64,000 bases of DNA, from the IMG/VR virus record IMGVR_UViG_3300008266_011056; one strand, given 5' to 3'. The notes under the pieces were generated by a model. It was given only the letters and a program-made list of their open reading frames with translations. It was not told the origin of the DNA and searched no databases. This DNA comes from an uncultured virus (IMG/VR IMGVR_UViG_3300008266_011056). Lineage: Duplodnaviria; Heunggongvirae; Uroviricota; Caudoviricetes. The translations under genes and the position numbers were made by a program. Below, piece by piece: positions 16,834 through 26,689 of this stretch. Position 1 is the first letter of the stretch; every line of letters starts with the position of its first letter.

Positions 16834-17222
16834 AGTGAGCCTGGTCCTTGATTTTGTCTGTTAGGATCGTTGTATCCATCACCCTTAGAGAATTGAAGAA
16901 TAACGACACCTTCAGACGCACCTAGGTTAACTACAACGTTAGCATTTGCTTGTTCGTTAAGATGAACCCCTAGGTCATTTGTAAATGTGAGAGTATCAGC
17001 AGAACCGGCTGGCATAACTAAAATTAAGTTACCGTTGCGTGTAACATTACCGTTAGCTAATGTCATAAAAGACGCATCGGTTAGCATTAACTGAAGATTA
17101 GCTGTAGTGATAGTTTGATCACCATACGCTAGTTCTTGGACACTGATAGTTGCACTACCGGTGCCAGATACTTTTACCGCAGCTTGTCTGCGAGTATTTT
17201 TTAAAATATGTTTATCTGCCAT
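16830..17222 (-). CDS. Hypothetical virion (head-cluster) protein
   Basis: 130-aa beta-rich ORF coupled to gp21 by an ATGA overlap. Confidence 0.65.
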   Translation of the reverse strand: MADKHILKNTRRQAAVKVSGTGSATISVQELAYGDQTITTANLQLMLTDASFMTLANGNVTRNGNLILVMPAGSADTLTFTNDLGVHLNEQANANVVVNLGASEGVVILQFSKGDGYNDPNRQNQGPGSL

Positions 17223-18897
17223 TTGTCATTCTCTTTTTGCGTTTATGATTAGCATGATATTCTGCCATCATAATTTCGATATCTTCAGTAAATACTTTTT
17301 CAATACCATGTTCGAATTGTACGTTGTACCACTCTACGTGACCGTCTTCATTTGGCTCAGCATGATCACCTTCAACAACTTGACCTTCACCAAACAGCTC
17401 TGAGTATACATGCTTGGCACAATAGTGAGTGTCTTCTTCTTTAGTTAATTTTTTAGCTATACCAACCATTTGATCTTTTGGTTCAATAGGTTGTTTACCT
17501 TTTTCTTGCTCTTTACGCTTCATCATAGCATTATAAGCTATGGTACCTTTTCTAGGAGGCTTCATACCATAAGAAAAAGGTCCAGCTTCATCTAACTCAA
17601 CTTGTTCGCGTGTAACTGTAGTTACTTTTTTACCGCCACCTTTTAATACCTGTTGACGGCCTTGACTATTCATAGTATGTACTACTCTAGCTCCACCACT
17701 AGGCATAGAATATACTTCAATGCCATCGTCGGAGTCCTTATGTGTCTTTACTTTTTCTTTAGCATATTTAATAGCATGCTCTTTAGATGGAAACTGACTG
17801 GCTTCGTCAAGTTCAAATTCTTCTTTAACAGGTCTGTTTTTATAAGTGTTCCAATCTGAAGCGTCTGTGGAAACTACGTTATGTAAAGGTACTACATGAC
17901 CTAAGGATGATGTAGTATGAATTTTGGTGCCGGCACCACCACCTGTTTTATGAGAAACTTTGCTCATATAATGTTTGCCTTGGTGCTTGTATATGACTGT
18001 ACCACCATTGGCAATATCGTCTTCAGTATAAGCTTCAGAAATTTCAAATTCTTCTTTAACTCCAGCACGCTTATATGCTTTTTTTAAATTCGAATAATCT
18101 TTACCGGTCATCTTGGTGGTATATAACATAGCTTCACCAGGCCGTTTTGCAATCTGAGATACTTTCTTTTGAATATAACTTAAGGCTGTCTTCTTAGAGA
18201 CTTCATCGACTTGTTCTAAATCTTCGCCGACAACTTTTTTATTTGCTCGTTCGATACCTAGGGATCTATTCTTGGCTTTTCTGGTAGCAGTTTCTTTATC
18301 GGAGCCTTTACCAACACGGCTCATAAAGTTTTGATGACCAAAGTCTGAAATAGATTTGTTCATATAACTTTTAACAGTAGACTGTTTTAACTCGTCAACT
18401 TGTTCAACTTCTTCGCTATAATCACCATACTTTAATTTTTCTTTTGCTCTTTGTGCACCAGCTAAATGCTTAGCTGATTTAGGACCACCTTGCATACCAA
18501 CTCTATAAGCTTTAGATGCATAACGCTGGAGAGTCATTTGATTTAATTCATCTAACTCTTCTTTCATATTCCATGTCTTTGGTTCTTTAGTTGACGTGGC
18601 AATACGATAGTGAGCTCGCTCACCTTGATCCATACCTCGGTGTTCGTCTTTAGCGGATTCTAGATCTTTATGGGTACTTAAAACCTTATTAGTAGCTTTA
18701 TGTACTAAAGAATAATATTTTGTCTCTTCTGCAACACGCTTGGCTGTCTTTGTAGCAATAGCCATTTTCATACCCATAGGCATGTTTGGATTTTCACGCT
18801 CAATAGCCTTAGCTACTTCTTCGCGCTTTTTCTTTTCTGCTGGTGTTAATGTTTTTTCTTCCAGCGATGCTCTAAGGTTTAGAAAATTAATTGCCAT
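17212..18897 (-). CDS. Modular prohead core / internal head protein with repeated acidic linkers
   Basis: Position between the gp67-like gene and gp21; basic modules separated by EELDE, EQVDE, EFELDE and VELDE linkers. Confidence 0.65.
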   Translation of the reverse strand: MAINFLNLRASLEEKTLTPAEKKKREEVAKAIERENPNMPMGMKMAIATKTAKRVAEETKYYSLVHKATNKVLSTHKDLESAKDEHRGMDQGERAHYRIATSTKEPKTWNMKEELDELNQMTLQRYASKAYRVGMQGGPKSAKHLAGAQRAKEKLKYGDYSEEVEQVDELKQSTVKSYMNKSISDFGHQNFMSRVGKGSDKETATRKAKNRSLGIERANKKVVGEDLEQVDEVSKKTALSYIQKKVSQIAKRPGEAMLYTTKMTGKDYSNLKKAYKRAGVKEEFEISEAYTEDDIANGGTVIYKHQGKHYMSKVSHKTGGGAGTKIHTTSSLGHVVPLHNVVSTDASDWNTYKNRPVKEEFELDEASQFPSKEHAIKYAKEKVKTHKDSDDGIEVYSMPSGGARVVHTMNSQGRQQVLKGGGKKVTTVTREQVELDEAGPFSYGMKPPRKGTIAYNAMMKRKEQEKGKQPIEPKDQMVGIAKKLTKEEDTHYCAKHVYSELFGEGQVVEGDHAEPNEDGHVEWYNVQFEHGIEKVFTEDIEIMMAEYHANHKRKKRMTNGR

Positions 18898-18905
18898 GTT
18901 AGCCT

Positions 18906-19139
18906 TTACTCGACCTCTGTCGTATCTTCTTCAACATCAATTTCTTCTTCAGGTAAGTCTTCCTGCGAAACTTCATCGTCTTTTTTTCCGTAAATTGATT
19001 GTGCAATTTCTACCTTACGGTCATCTAATGCACTTGAAATCTTACTAGCAAGAACGGCATTAACACCTTGCTCTGCTTCAACGTTATCACCGTTAAGGAT
19101 GTCATCAATCATTTTGTTAATAATGTCTGCGTTTTCCAC
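18906..19139 (-). CDS. Prohead core protein gp67-like
   Basis: Small acidic ORF after the portal gene; KISSALDDRKVEIAQS pattern; GTG start with AAGGAG RBS. Confidence 0.7.
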   Translation of the reverse strand: MENADIINKMIDDILNGDNVEAEQGVNAVLASKISSALDDRKVEIAQSIYGKKDDEVSQEDLPEEEIDVEEDTTEVE

Positions 19140-19164
19140 AATAACTCCTTGAAAAATTATATAA

Positions 19165-19172
19165 TATTTATA
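19165..19172 (-). promoter_or_regulatory. T4-type late promoter
   Basis: Exact TATAAATA immediately after the portal stop codon. Confidence 0.85.
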
Positions 19173-20717
19173 TTACTGATTTACTTCGCCGCTTAATGCG
19201 GCGGCTTGTTCTGAACCTGGTGCACCAGGCATAACTGATGGAGGTTCTTCCATATTTTGTTGTTTAATATTATCAATCTCTTCATCAGTTAAACGTAAAA
19301 CTTTTTTACGTACATACTGCATACTATAATATGTACCAACATAAGGTGTCATTTGATTTAATACGTCCATTCTATTGCGAAGATTTTCAGCATCTTTCAT
19401 TTCTTGATAATACTGATCTTGTGCATAACGATATTGAATTTTTTCTTTTATCGTCTGCCAATCTTCTTCTACAATAACACCTTTAAGAAGTAATTGGGTC
19501 TTAAGTAAGTCGTCAAACAACTCATTAAACTTTTTGCGTAGACGATTTACAAATTTAGAGAACTTTAATTCGTCTCTACTAATTTCAGCCTGACGACCGA
19601 AATTAAAACCATTACCTTCTTTAAATCTTGAAGCAGGTACATTCAATGCTTGATAAACTTTATTTTGGAAGAACTCAATGTCTTGTATCTGACCGAGATT
19701 TTCACCACCCGGTAAAGTGGTGATCTCGGTACCTCGACCACCCTCTCTTCGGGGAAGCCAAAAATCTTCTAACATGGTCATAAACTTACGATCGTCTTTA
19801 ATCTCACCTGTAGTAGAATCATAGACGATTTTGTTTCTATATCGATTCATGATATCTTTCATGTACTGCTCGGCCTTCTGCTTTGGAAGGTTACCGATAT
19901 CGATATAAAATATTCTTCTTTCCGGAGCTCTTGCTAGTCTATAAATGACAAGAGAATCAGCCATCATCTTTAGCTGATTCACAGGTTTAATTGCTTTGTT
20001 CAAATAACCTAAGACTACATTCCTATCTAGATCTAAAAGACCTGAAGGACAGAATGCAATAGCATCTACAGAAATTCTAATACCCGCACCTTGGTTGTTA
20101 GATGGAGCATAACCAGGTGTTACACTAATTCCTTTTTCGTTGTAGACGAAGAACTCATCGATCTTCTTAACTAACTCTACCCCGTCTTTTGTTTTTTCTT
20201 TTTGTACCTCACGTACTTTTCTAATCTTACGCGGGTCAATATATCTTAACTCTTGAATACCTTTTTTAGGTTGAGCTGTATTGATTACTTTTTGATAATA
20301 TACTCTTCCATCAATATACCATCTTCTAAAAATATCATGACCTTTATCATTGAAGTCAAGTAAGCTTAGTATTTCATCAAACTCTTCTTTAATAGTATCT
20401 TTAATACTTTCATCTAAATCTAAATTATCTATATTAATAGATACTGGCGGCTCGTCGTCAACAGCGGCGATAGCCTCTGCAACAATTTCTTCTACCGCCG
20501 TATCTACATCAGGGTAGTTAGCTATATCTCTATAACGTGTTATTAATTCAGACTCGGATCTCGCAGATGCGTCGATATCTACATACGTGCCATAATAGCC
20601 CCCTGCAGATACAGTAGAAGCACCATCTTCAGCAACAGGAGTTATATAAGATTGATTCTTTAACTCCTGCTGCCTATTGTCACGACCAATAGTAAAGCCA
20701 AATAGTGTAATAGCCAT
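19173..20717 (-). CDS. gp20: Portal protein
   Basis: FRRWYIDGR, LVIYRLARAPERRIFYIDIGNLPK, EDFWLPRREGGRGTEITTLPGG. Confidence 0.98.
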   Translation of the reverse strand: MAITLFGFTIGRDNRQQELKNQSYITPVAEDGASTVSAGGYYGTYVDIDASARSESELITRYRDIANYPDVDTAVEEIVAEAIAAVDDEPPVSINIDNLDLDESIKDTIKEEFDEILSLLDFNDKGHDIFRRWYIDGRVYYQKVINTAQPKKGIQELRYIDPRKIRKVREVQKEKTKDGVELVKKIDEFFVYNEKGISVTPGYAPSNNQGAGIRISVDAIAFCPSGLLDLDRNVVLGYLNKAIKPVNQLKMMADSLVIYRLARAPERRIFYIDIGNLPKQKAEQYMKDIMNRYRNKIVYDSTTGEIKDDRKFMTMLEDFWLPRREGGRGTEITTLPGGENLGQIQDIEFFQNKVYQALNVPASRFKEGNGFNFGRQAEISRDELKFSKFVNRLRKKFNELFDDLLKTQLLLKGVIVEEDWQTIKEKIQYRYAQDQYYQEMKDAENLRNRMDVLNQMTPYVGTYYSMQYVRKKVLRLTDEEIDNIKQQNMEEPPSVMPGAPGSEQAAALSGEVNQ

Positions 20718-20735
20718 TAAATTATATAAAAAATA

Positions 20736-21308
20736 TTATCTAAAAATTCTACCAAAATCAATAATGCTACCCAATGGATTGCTCGATGTGGTAAAGTGCT
20801 GATAAGTCCAAGTCACTGTAAAGGACGAGATCTGATCATTAGCACCGAAGTCTAGACCAACAGGAGATAATTCAATTGGGAATGCATTTACAAGCTTGTA
20901 TGACTTTAAAATGTTTCCATTTCTATCTAGTTGGAATACATCGAAGTCACGCATGTATGTAGAAGGTTCCATACGACCAATCTTAGACGCATAGTCTTCC
21001 ATACCTCCCATCCACTGCTCGATGGCTGTTCTAATGGACATTTCAGAATCGTTTAGAACTGTAATGGTCCATGGTGCGTAGATACGATCACCTACAAACT
21101 TAACTTCACGACCTCTATACTGCACTACCGCAGGATTAACAGTCTGACCTGGTAATTCTGCTACACTAACTAAGAACGGTGAACGCGCTACAGCTAAGCT
21201 TTGGTTAGTTACATACGTAGGGTATGATAACTGAACTGCAAACTGATTAGGGCGAGCGCCACCATTGGTAAGAGCAGATTTAAAACGCTCTATATTAAAT
21301 GTTGTCAT
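20736..21308 (-). CDS. gp19: Tail tube protein
   Basis: GGARPNQF, LPG, YRGREVKFVGDR, WTITVLND, FTVTW. Confidence 0.93.
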   Translation of the reverse strand: MTTFNIERFKSALTNGGARPNQFAVQLSYPTYVTNQSLAVARSPFLVSVAELPGQTVNPAVVQYRGREVKFVGDRIYAPWTITVLNDSEMSIRTAIEQWMGGMEDYASKIGRMEPSTYMRDFDVFQLDRNGNILKSYKLVNAFPIELSPVGLDFGANDQISSFTVTWTYQHFTTSSNPLGSIIDFGRIFR

Positions 21309-21322
21309 TTATTCTCTCCCTA

Positions 21323-22996
21323 TTAGGCTCCAACTTCTTCGAACGAAATACCTGATCTAGTTGCAATAAAATTCAACTGGATAAAGTTGATTGAACGAGC
21401 TGGTTTGACAAAGATGTCAGCAACAAACTCATTTCTATCAATTACTGCCGAAGTGTTATTTGTGTCATCGCATACTACCTTAAACTCAACAATACCACGA
21501 CGACCCTGAACATCTCTCAAGAATGGCTCAACAAGATTTCTAAACTGTGCTCTTGTGAACGCATCGTTGAATTCAAACAGTTGGTACTTAGCAGCCACAG
21601 CGATAGCTTTTTCAAGTACGATAAACAATCTACGTACATTAATTCTATCAAACGCTGAAGGTCTTGATAGCATTGTCTTATCACCAAACAAGACAGTACC
21701 CTGACCTGGGAAAGTAACAATTGGGTTTATTCCTGCTTTGTATAAGCTATCTCTTTCAGTAGCACTTGGGGAGAAAGCTAGCTTAACAACATTCTTAACT
21801 TGTCCTCTGTTAAACCCACCTGGTGAGAACCATGGATCAGCAGTAAAGTCAGTTCTTACACATAGACCGGCTGTATCTCCGTTTAATGGTACCCAGCGAT
21901 ATACATCGTTATATCTATCGTATTGATACTTCCAACCCGAGTCTATAGAAGCATACGAGGAAGATGAGAGTAGATTTCTAAATGCAATTGAATCTGTTGC
22001 TTCACTTCCAATATTGTTTACTACATCAGACTTTTCAGGTGATAAGAACACGATACAATCTTTACGAGTTTCTGCCATTGCAATAGCAGCAGCTGCTACT
22101 GCTGAAGAGGCAGGGCCTACAGGGAATAAGGAGATGTCAAACTTTTCACTGTTGCTGAATAGATTGATTGCTGAAATAATATTAGCATCTACTGGTGTGG
22201 TAGATGTAGTACCGTTACTTAATGTTACAGTAACGTTAGAAGCTAAAACATCATACACTGTACCACCATCAGCTGCGGTATTCCAGTTAGTCATATTAGC
22301 TGGATGATCCATCCACCAAATATACTTAGACTGGTCGTTAATTACGTTCTTGTAATAGATAGATGTACCGTCTGATCTTTTTGCGTCTTTAGCTTTAGAA
22401 ACAAATGGGAATTTTTCTAGAACAGTATCTTTTTGACCTGTCCACTTACCATCAGCATCAATAACAATGATATGCATCTCATCACGAGTTGCACCAAAGC
22501 TTGATGCGTAAGGTGATACATTAGGTGCTGCGTCGAATAAATCTTTATATGCCCAGGTGCTATATGTGTCTCCATCAGCCATGGAAATTTTAATTCCATT
22601 ACCTAGGGTACCAGGATACTTAGCTGCGAACTCTCCTACATTTCCTGCACCATCTTGATATGATCCAACATATTGATCTTCGTTTTTAATTAATACGGCT
22701 GTAGCAGATGCATTAGCAACTGCATTTCGTGCGCCAGCAGGAACTGCTCTAACCACTTGTAGATTGTTACCGTATGATAGGAAGTTTGCAGCAGTAAAGA
22801 ATGACTCGTACGTGTTATCGTCAGGTACACCAAATCTCTCTACAAGCATATTTTCAGAATCTACGGTCACAACCTGCTCAGCAGGTCCCCATTGGAAGGC
22901 GCCAGCAAAGCCGCCGGCTGTAGTAGCAACGGAAGGAACGACCGAAGTTAGGTCCTTCTCTGTAACTAGCACGCCTGGTGAAAGCTGAAATGCCAT
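21323..22996 (-). CDS. gp18: Contractile tail sheath protein
   Basis: MAFQLSPGV, FQWGP, WFSPGGFNRG, SAFDRINVRRLF, KPARSINFIQLNF. Confidence 0.97.
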   Translation of the reverse strand: MAFQLSPGVLVTEKDLTSVVPSVATTAGGFAGAFQWGPAEQVVTVDSENMLVERFGVPDDNTYESFFTAANFLSYGNNLQVVRAVPAGARNAVANASATAVLIKNEDQYVGSYQDGAGNVGEFAAKYPGTLGNGIKISMADGDTYSTWAYKDLFDAAPNVSPYASSFGATRDEMHIIVIDADGKWTGQKDTVLEKFPFVSKAKDAKRSDGTSIYYKNVINDQSKYIWWMDHPANMTNWNTAADGGTVYDVLASNVTVTLSNGTTSTTPVDANIISAINLFSNSEKFDISLFPVGPASSAVAAAAIAMAETRKDCIVFLSPEKSDVVNNIGSEATDSIAFRNLLSSSSYASIDSGWKYQYDRYNDVYRWVPLNGDTAGLCVRTDFTADPWFSPGGFNRGQVKNVVKLAFSPSATERDSLYKAGINPIVTFPGQGTVLFGDKTMLSRPSAFDRINVRRLFIVLEKAIAVAAKYQLFEFNDAFTRAQFRNLVEPFLRDVQGRRGIVEFKVVCDDTNNTSAVIDRNEFVADIFVKPARSINFIQLNFIATRSGISFEEVGA

Positions 22997-23047
22997 CTTA
23001 TTCTCCTTATGATGTTAGTATTTCATAACAAATATTGTCTACTAGGA

Positions 23048-23055
23048 TATTTATA
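23048..23055 (-). promoter_or_regulatory. T4-type late promoter for gp18
   Basis: Exact TATAAATA in the gp17-gp18 gap. Confidence 0.85.
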
Positions 23056-23071
23056 CTTTTAAAATTTTTAA

Positions 23072-24733
23072 TTACCATGACCTATCACGCAAAAAATCGC
23101 TTAAATCTTTATGATATTTGTCTGTTAACCATAAGTCTCCATCGATAACTTCAGCTTTTTCTTCTGGTAAAATTCCGTTATCTACGAATCCAAAAGGAGT
23201 TAAATCCTCTTCGATGGATTTCATTTGCGAGCTGAACAACGCCTTTCTATTGTTAGCGTTCATCAGATCTTTAAACAAGATATCGTTAGACGCCCACGCA
23301 AATAAAACCAATGTCATGGTTAAATCATCATGATAACCCTCATCAGCTTCAAACGATCCGTTATGCTCGATAAAGGTTGAAAATTCAGATATAATATCCT
23401 TATCAAATACTAATAATTTATTATTTTCTACTAACGTTTTTAATGATGCGCATCCAATTCGTTTAATTTGTTTGGTAGTTCTAACACCAAGAACTGCGCT
23501 TCTTCCTGATGTAGATAAAAATTGACCATACTTTGGATCACTACCTACCCAAAGCATATTTTCATACTCTAAATCATTATGAATGATATCAGCTACTTGT
23601 TGACCGATATCATTTATTTCTACTAAAATATATGCACTGTTATAGTCCTTAGCAATCTTATGAATAATATTAGGATACAATAAAGGACTAATTTTATTAT
23701 CCCGATATTTAGCTACTACAGTAAATGGATAATCTGTACAATCTACTACAGTGAAGGCTGAGTAATCACCTCCAACTCCTCTTGATGTATCTACTGTAAT
23801 AAAGTAAAGGTGTTCTGGTTTTGGTTCTTCTAGTATATCAATATTTTCTTTAGAATATACATAAGGAACTGGAGATAATCTTGCAATTGTATCTGCATTA
23901 ATTAGTGTATTAGACGAACCAAGGAATGCACATAAGACTTCTTGATTAAATTTAATCTCACCAAGTATACGTTTTTGTTCTTCAGCCCATTTAGCATCTC
24001 GCTTTGGATGTTCCCAATATTCTACTCTTAATGGTACAAAACCATTAGCATTATTCTCTGCATCATTCCAGAATTTCCAGAAGTGATTATAACCTAGCGG
24101 GGTAGAGGTAAGAATAATCTTAGTGGTTTCACCAGCAGATACAACAGGGTAAACAGATGTAAAGAAGCTTTCAGCTACATTGTTTGGAATAATAGCTACT
24201 TCGTCAACATAAAGTATATTAACAGACTTACCTCTAATACCAGCAGAAGAAGTAGCGGCAGTAAAAACAGAAGACCCGTTTTCCAGTTCCACATCACCTT
24301 TGTTCCATGTCTTAATTCCTTGTTGCATCCATATAGGTACATTTTCATACATTAACTGATAACGGCCAAGAATTTCCATAGCCGCATCTGATTTGTTACC
24401 TAATATTGCAACCGTTTTATTATTGTTGAATAGAGTATACCATAAAATGTAAGCAGCTACCACTTGGGATTTACCCATTTGACGAGGCTGCATACTAATT
24501 ACTCGTCTGTTATCTTGAATAATATTAATAAATTTTTCTTGATAACCGTATAGCTCAAACGGAACCAGCATCTCTGAGTCTAGAGATACGATTTTACAAT
24601 GGGTCTTTATAAAGTAGATTGGATCATCTTTACATTTTAAGAGCTCATATACTTGTTCTTGAGTATATGGAATTGCATAACCAATCTGCTTTAACGACCT
24701 GTTACCGTTATAAGAATTTTTACTTTGAGTCAA
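23072..24733 (-). CDS. gp17: Terminase large subunit
   Basis: PRQMGKS Walker A, YVDE Walker B, TSTPLGYNHF, DTSRGVGGDYSAF, HDDL. Confidence 0.97.
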   Translation of the reverse strand: MTQSKNSYNGNRSLKQIGYAIPYTQEQVYELLKCKDDPIYFIKTHCKIVSLDSEMLVPFELYGYQEKFINIIQDNRRVISMQPRQMGKSQVVAAYILWYTLFNNNKTVAILGNKSDAAMEILGRYQLMYENVPIWMQQGIKTWNKGDVELENGSSVFTAATSSAGIRGKSVNILYVDEVAIIPNNVAESFFTSVYPVVSAGETTKIILTSTPLGYNHFWKFWNDAENNANGFVPLRVEYWEHPKRDAKWAEEQKRILGEIKFNQEVLCAFLGSSNTLINADTIARLSPVPYVYSKENIDILEEPKPEHLYFITVDTSRGVGGDYSAFTVVDCTDYPFTVVAKYRDNKISPLLYPNIIHKIAKDYNSAYILVEINDIGQQVADIIHNDLEYENMLWVGSDPKYGQFLSTSGRSAVLGVRTTKQIKRIGCASLKTLVENNKLLVFDKDIISEFSTFIEHNGSFEADEGYHDDLTMTLVLFAWASNDILFKDLMNANNRKALFSSQMKSIEEDLTPFGFVDNGILPEEKAEVIDGDLWLTDKYHKDLSDFLRDRSW

Positions 24734-25124
24734 TTATTTTTGCTCTTTCTGCTGAGATCATTTTCATTAAGTCAGCGGTGGAACCTGCAAATACAATATT
24801 GTTTTGAGTACCTATTTTTGAAGGTTCCTGTTCACCATCTACATCTTTTTTAATCTTATGAAGCGTCATTAACTCTTTTGCAAGACCTGTTTGAGCTTTG
24901 ACTAGTTCTGCTACTACTTCAAACGCTCTCGGGTGTTCTGATTGCTTAGCAATAGATACTAGATCATTAATCACATCTTCATTTTTTGTAATCATATCGC
25001 GCAAGGTTTCTCTTGCAACCGTAAAGTCGTCTTTATCTTCAGACTTACCTTCTTTAACATCTACTACATCAACAGGTTTTATGGAAATGTTAAAAAGGTC
25101 ATTTAGTTTTTTTTCCATTTTCAT
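24720..25124 (-). CDS. gp16: Terminase small subunit
   Basis: AKQSEHPRAFEV and NNIVFAGSTADLMKMI; upstream of gp17. Confidence 0.92.
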   Translation of the reverse strand: MKMEKKLNDLFNISIKPVDVVDVKEGKSEDKDDFTVARETLRDMITKNEDVINDLVSIAKQSEHPRAFEVVAELVKAQTGLAKELMTLHKIKKDVDGEQEPSKIGTQNNIVFAGSTADLMKMISAERAKIIDSK

Positions 25125-25876
25125 TCAAAATCCTCAAACGTTTCAACAAAATCAAATGTATCGCCTGGAACAGCTGTGTTAGGTGTAACTGTAACGTTGT
25201 ATGCTTGCTGTCTTTGTGTAAGTTCAGGATTTGAAAATGTATTGACGTTTGTAGATCGTATAATGCCTTGCTTACTAATCGGACCGAAGTAGTTAAGCTT
25301 CATAGTAAAATTTAATGTCCAAATAATAGCTCTTCTATTTCTAAAGTCTCCTTCATAATCATCCTCGTAAGATACGGAATCTAGAATGATAGGTAAGTCA
25401 TTTTTAATTCCGAGCTGAGGAATAGCATTAAGGGATAAATTAAAATCAGGATTAAAGTATGGAAGTATTTGTTCGACGATTTGTAAACCATCGTCTTGAT
25501 TTTTTGTATATGAGTATAAAGCCATATTAATATTATATGGCGTAGGTGCGTATTGTGAATTTAAAGTATCTGCTGTATTATTTGTACCACGGTTTTGCTG
25601 TACAAGGCTTATTCTTCTATTAGGGTCGTACTGAATACCTACAATTTCAAAAGCCATTCTAGGTATTACTACTTGATCCCTTTGAATCGGGTCTCCGGGT
25701 TGCGCTGTAATTCTAGCAATAAATTTTTGCTTAGGAGCATATGATAAAGGTACTTTTAATGTTTGAATAACTTGCCCGGCAGCATTTCTTCTATCTATAT
25801 GAATGTTATTAAACATGTTGCCGAAAGCAATAATTGCTTTGCGGGTAGTTCCCCAATAAAATTTTTGGTTTAACAT
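25121..25876 (-). CDS. gp15: Tail sheath stabiliser / completion protein
   Basis: FGNMFNNI, VPLSYAPKQKF, PRMAFE, QIVEQILPYFNP. Confidence 0.93.
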   Translation of the reverse strand: MLNQKFYWGTTRKAIIAFGNMFNNIHIDRRNAAGQVIQTLKVPLSYAPKQKFIARITAQPGDPIQRDQVVIPRMAFEIVGIQYDPNRRISLVQQNRGTNNTADTLNSQYAPTPYNINMALYSYTKNQDDGLQIVEQILPYFNPDFNLSLNAIPQLGIKNDLPIILDSVSYEDDYEGDFRNRRAIIWTLNFTMKLNYFGPISKQGIIRSTNVNTFSNPELTQRQQAYNVTVTPNTAVPGDTFDFVETFEDFE

Positions 25877-26616
25877 TACGCAATTACCTCACCAAATGGA
25901 TTGCGTTCTGTAAAGTCAAGAATATCTATGTTATTATAAAATGCCTCGTTTTGAGATTCTGGATCTATATTAACCATAGTATAACCCTCTAATATCATAC
26001 TAGAAGGAGTAAAATATTCTAGTTGTAATGATCCACCGTCTTCTAACAATAGCTCATGTGATTTAATATCTAATGAGATTTCTTCAATAGAATCAATTTC
26101 TCCATCACCAGTATCAAATCTCTCACCAGAGTACTGCATTAATTCACACTCTAGTTTATAAACATATAACTGGCCAACCTGGAAGAAAGGTTCTTTTGTT
26201 TCTACTCTACGAATTTCAAAGTAACCTTTTGTTAAAGGGAAATAGATTACATCACCTTCAGCAGGTCTTTTCTCTAATTGTACGTTACCAGTTCTGGCTA
26301 CTACTTCATCCCAGCGACGTCTTGCTACAATGAACGTAGCTGTGTCTCTGATCTCAACACCAAACTTAGATAATAGATCACCCTCACCTTCAAAACCTGT
26401 AACGTTTTGTAAGTACATTTCTAAAGGATAAGCATGCTCATACTTATTAAGAGCATCTTCTGTAAAAATATTATCAAAATTTACTGATTTTCTAGGTATA
26501 TAAAAGACATCAAAACCATATATTTTCAAACACTCAATAGTAAGATCTTCCATCAGAAATTGTTCTGAGGCTCTTCCTATGTTCCTACCTGATTGAAAAT
26601 AATGATTTGTGGCCAT
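25876..26616 (-). CDS. gp14: Neck protein
   Basis: YGFDVFYIPR, GDLLSKFG, RPAEGDVIYFP, PFFQVG, DFTERNPFG. Confidence 0.93.
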   Translation of the reverse strand: MATNHYFQSGRNIGRASEQFLMEDLTIECLKIYGFDVFYIPRKSVNFDNIFTEDALNKYEHAYPLEMYLQNVTGFEGEGDLLSKFGVEIRDTATFIVARRRWDEVVARTGNVQLEKRPAEGDVIYFPLTKGYFEIRRVETKEPFFQVGQLYVYKLECELMQYSGERFDTGDGEIDSIEEISLDIKSHELLLEDGGSLQLEYFTPSSMILEGYTMVNIDPESQNEAFYNNIDILDFTERNPFGEVIA

Positions 26617-26631
26617 TTTGGTAAACTGCTA

Positions 26632-26660
26632 TTGATTTTTAGTTGATTAACACATAAAAT
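26632..26660 (+). promoter_or_regulatory. Putative sigma70-type promoter, antisense to the late genes
   Basis: TTGATT-N17-TAAAAT on the plus strand in the 68-nt gp13/gp14 gap. Confidence 0.45.
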
Positions 26661-26681
26661 CCATATGTGGTCCCTTGAAGG

Positions 26682-26689
26682 TATTTATC
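26682..26689 (-). promoter_or_regulatory. Late promoter-like element upstream of gp14
   Basis: GATAAATA overlapping the gp13 stop codon. Confidence 0.55.

Noticed and set aside
23007..23031. TTATGA/TCATAA inverted repeat beside the gp18 RBS
   Set aside because: Short AT-rich stem, too weak to call regulatory without conservation data.
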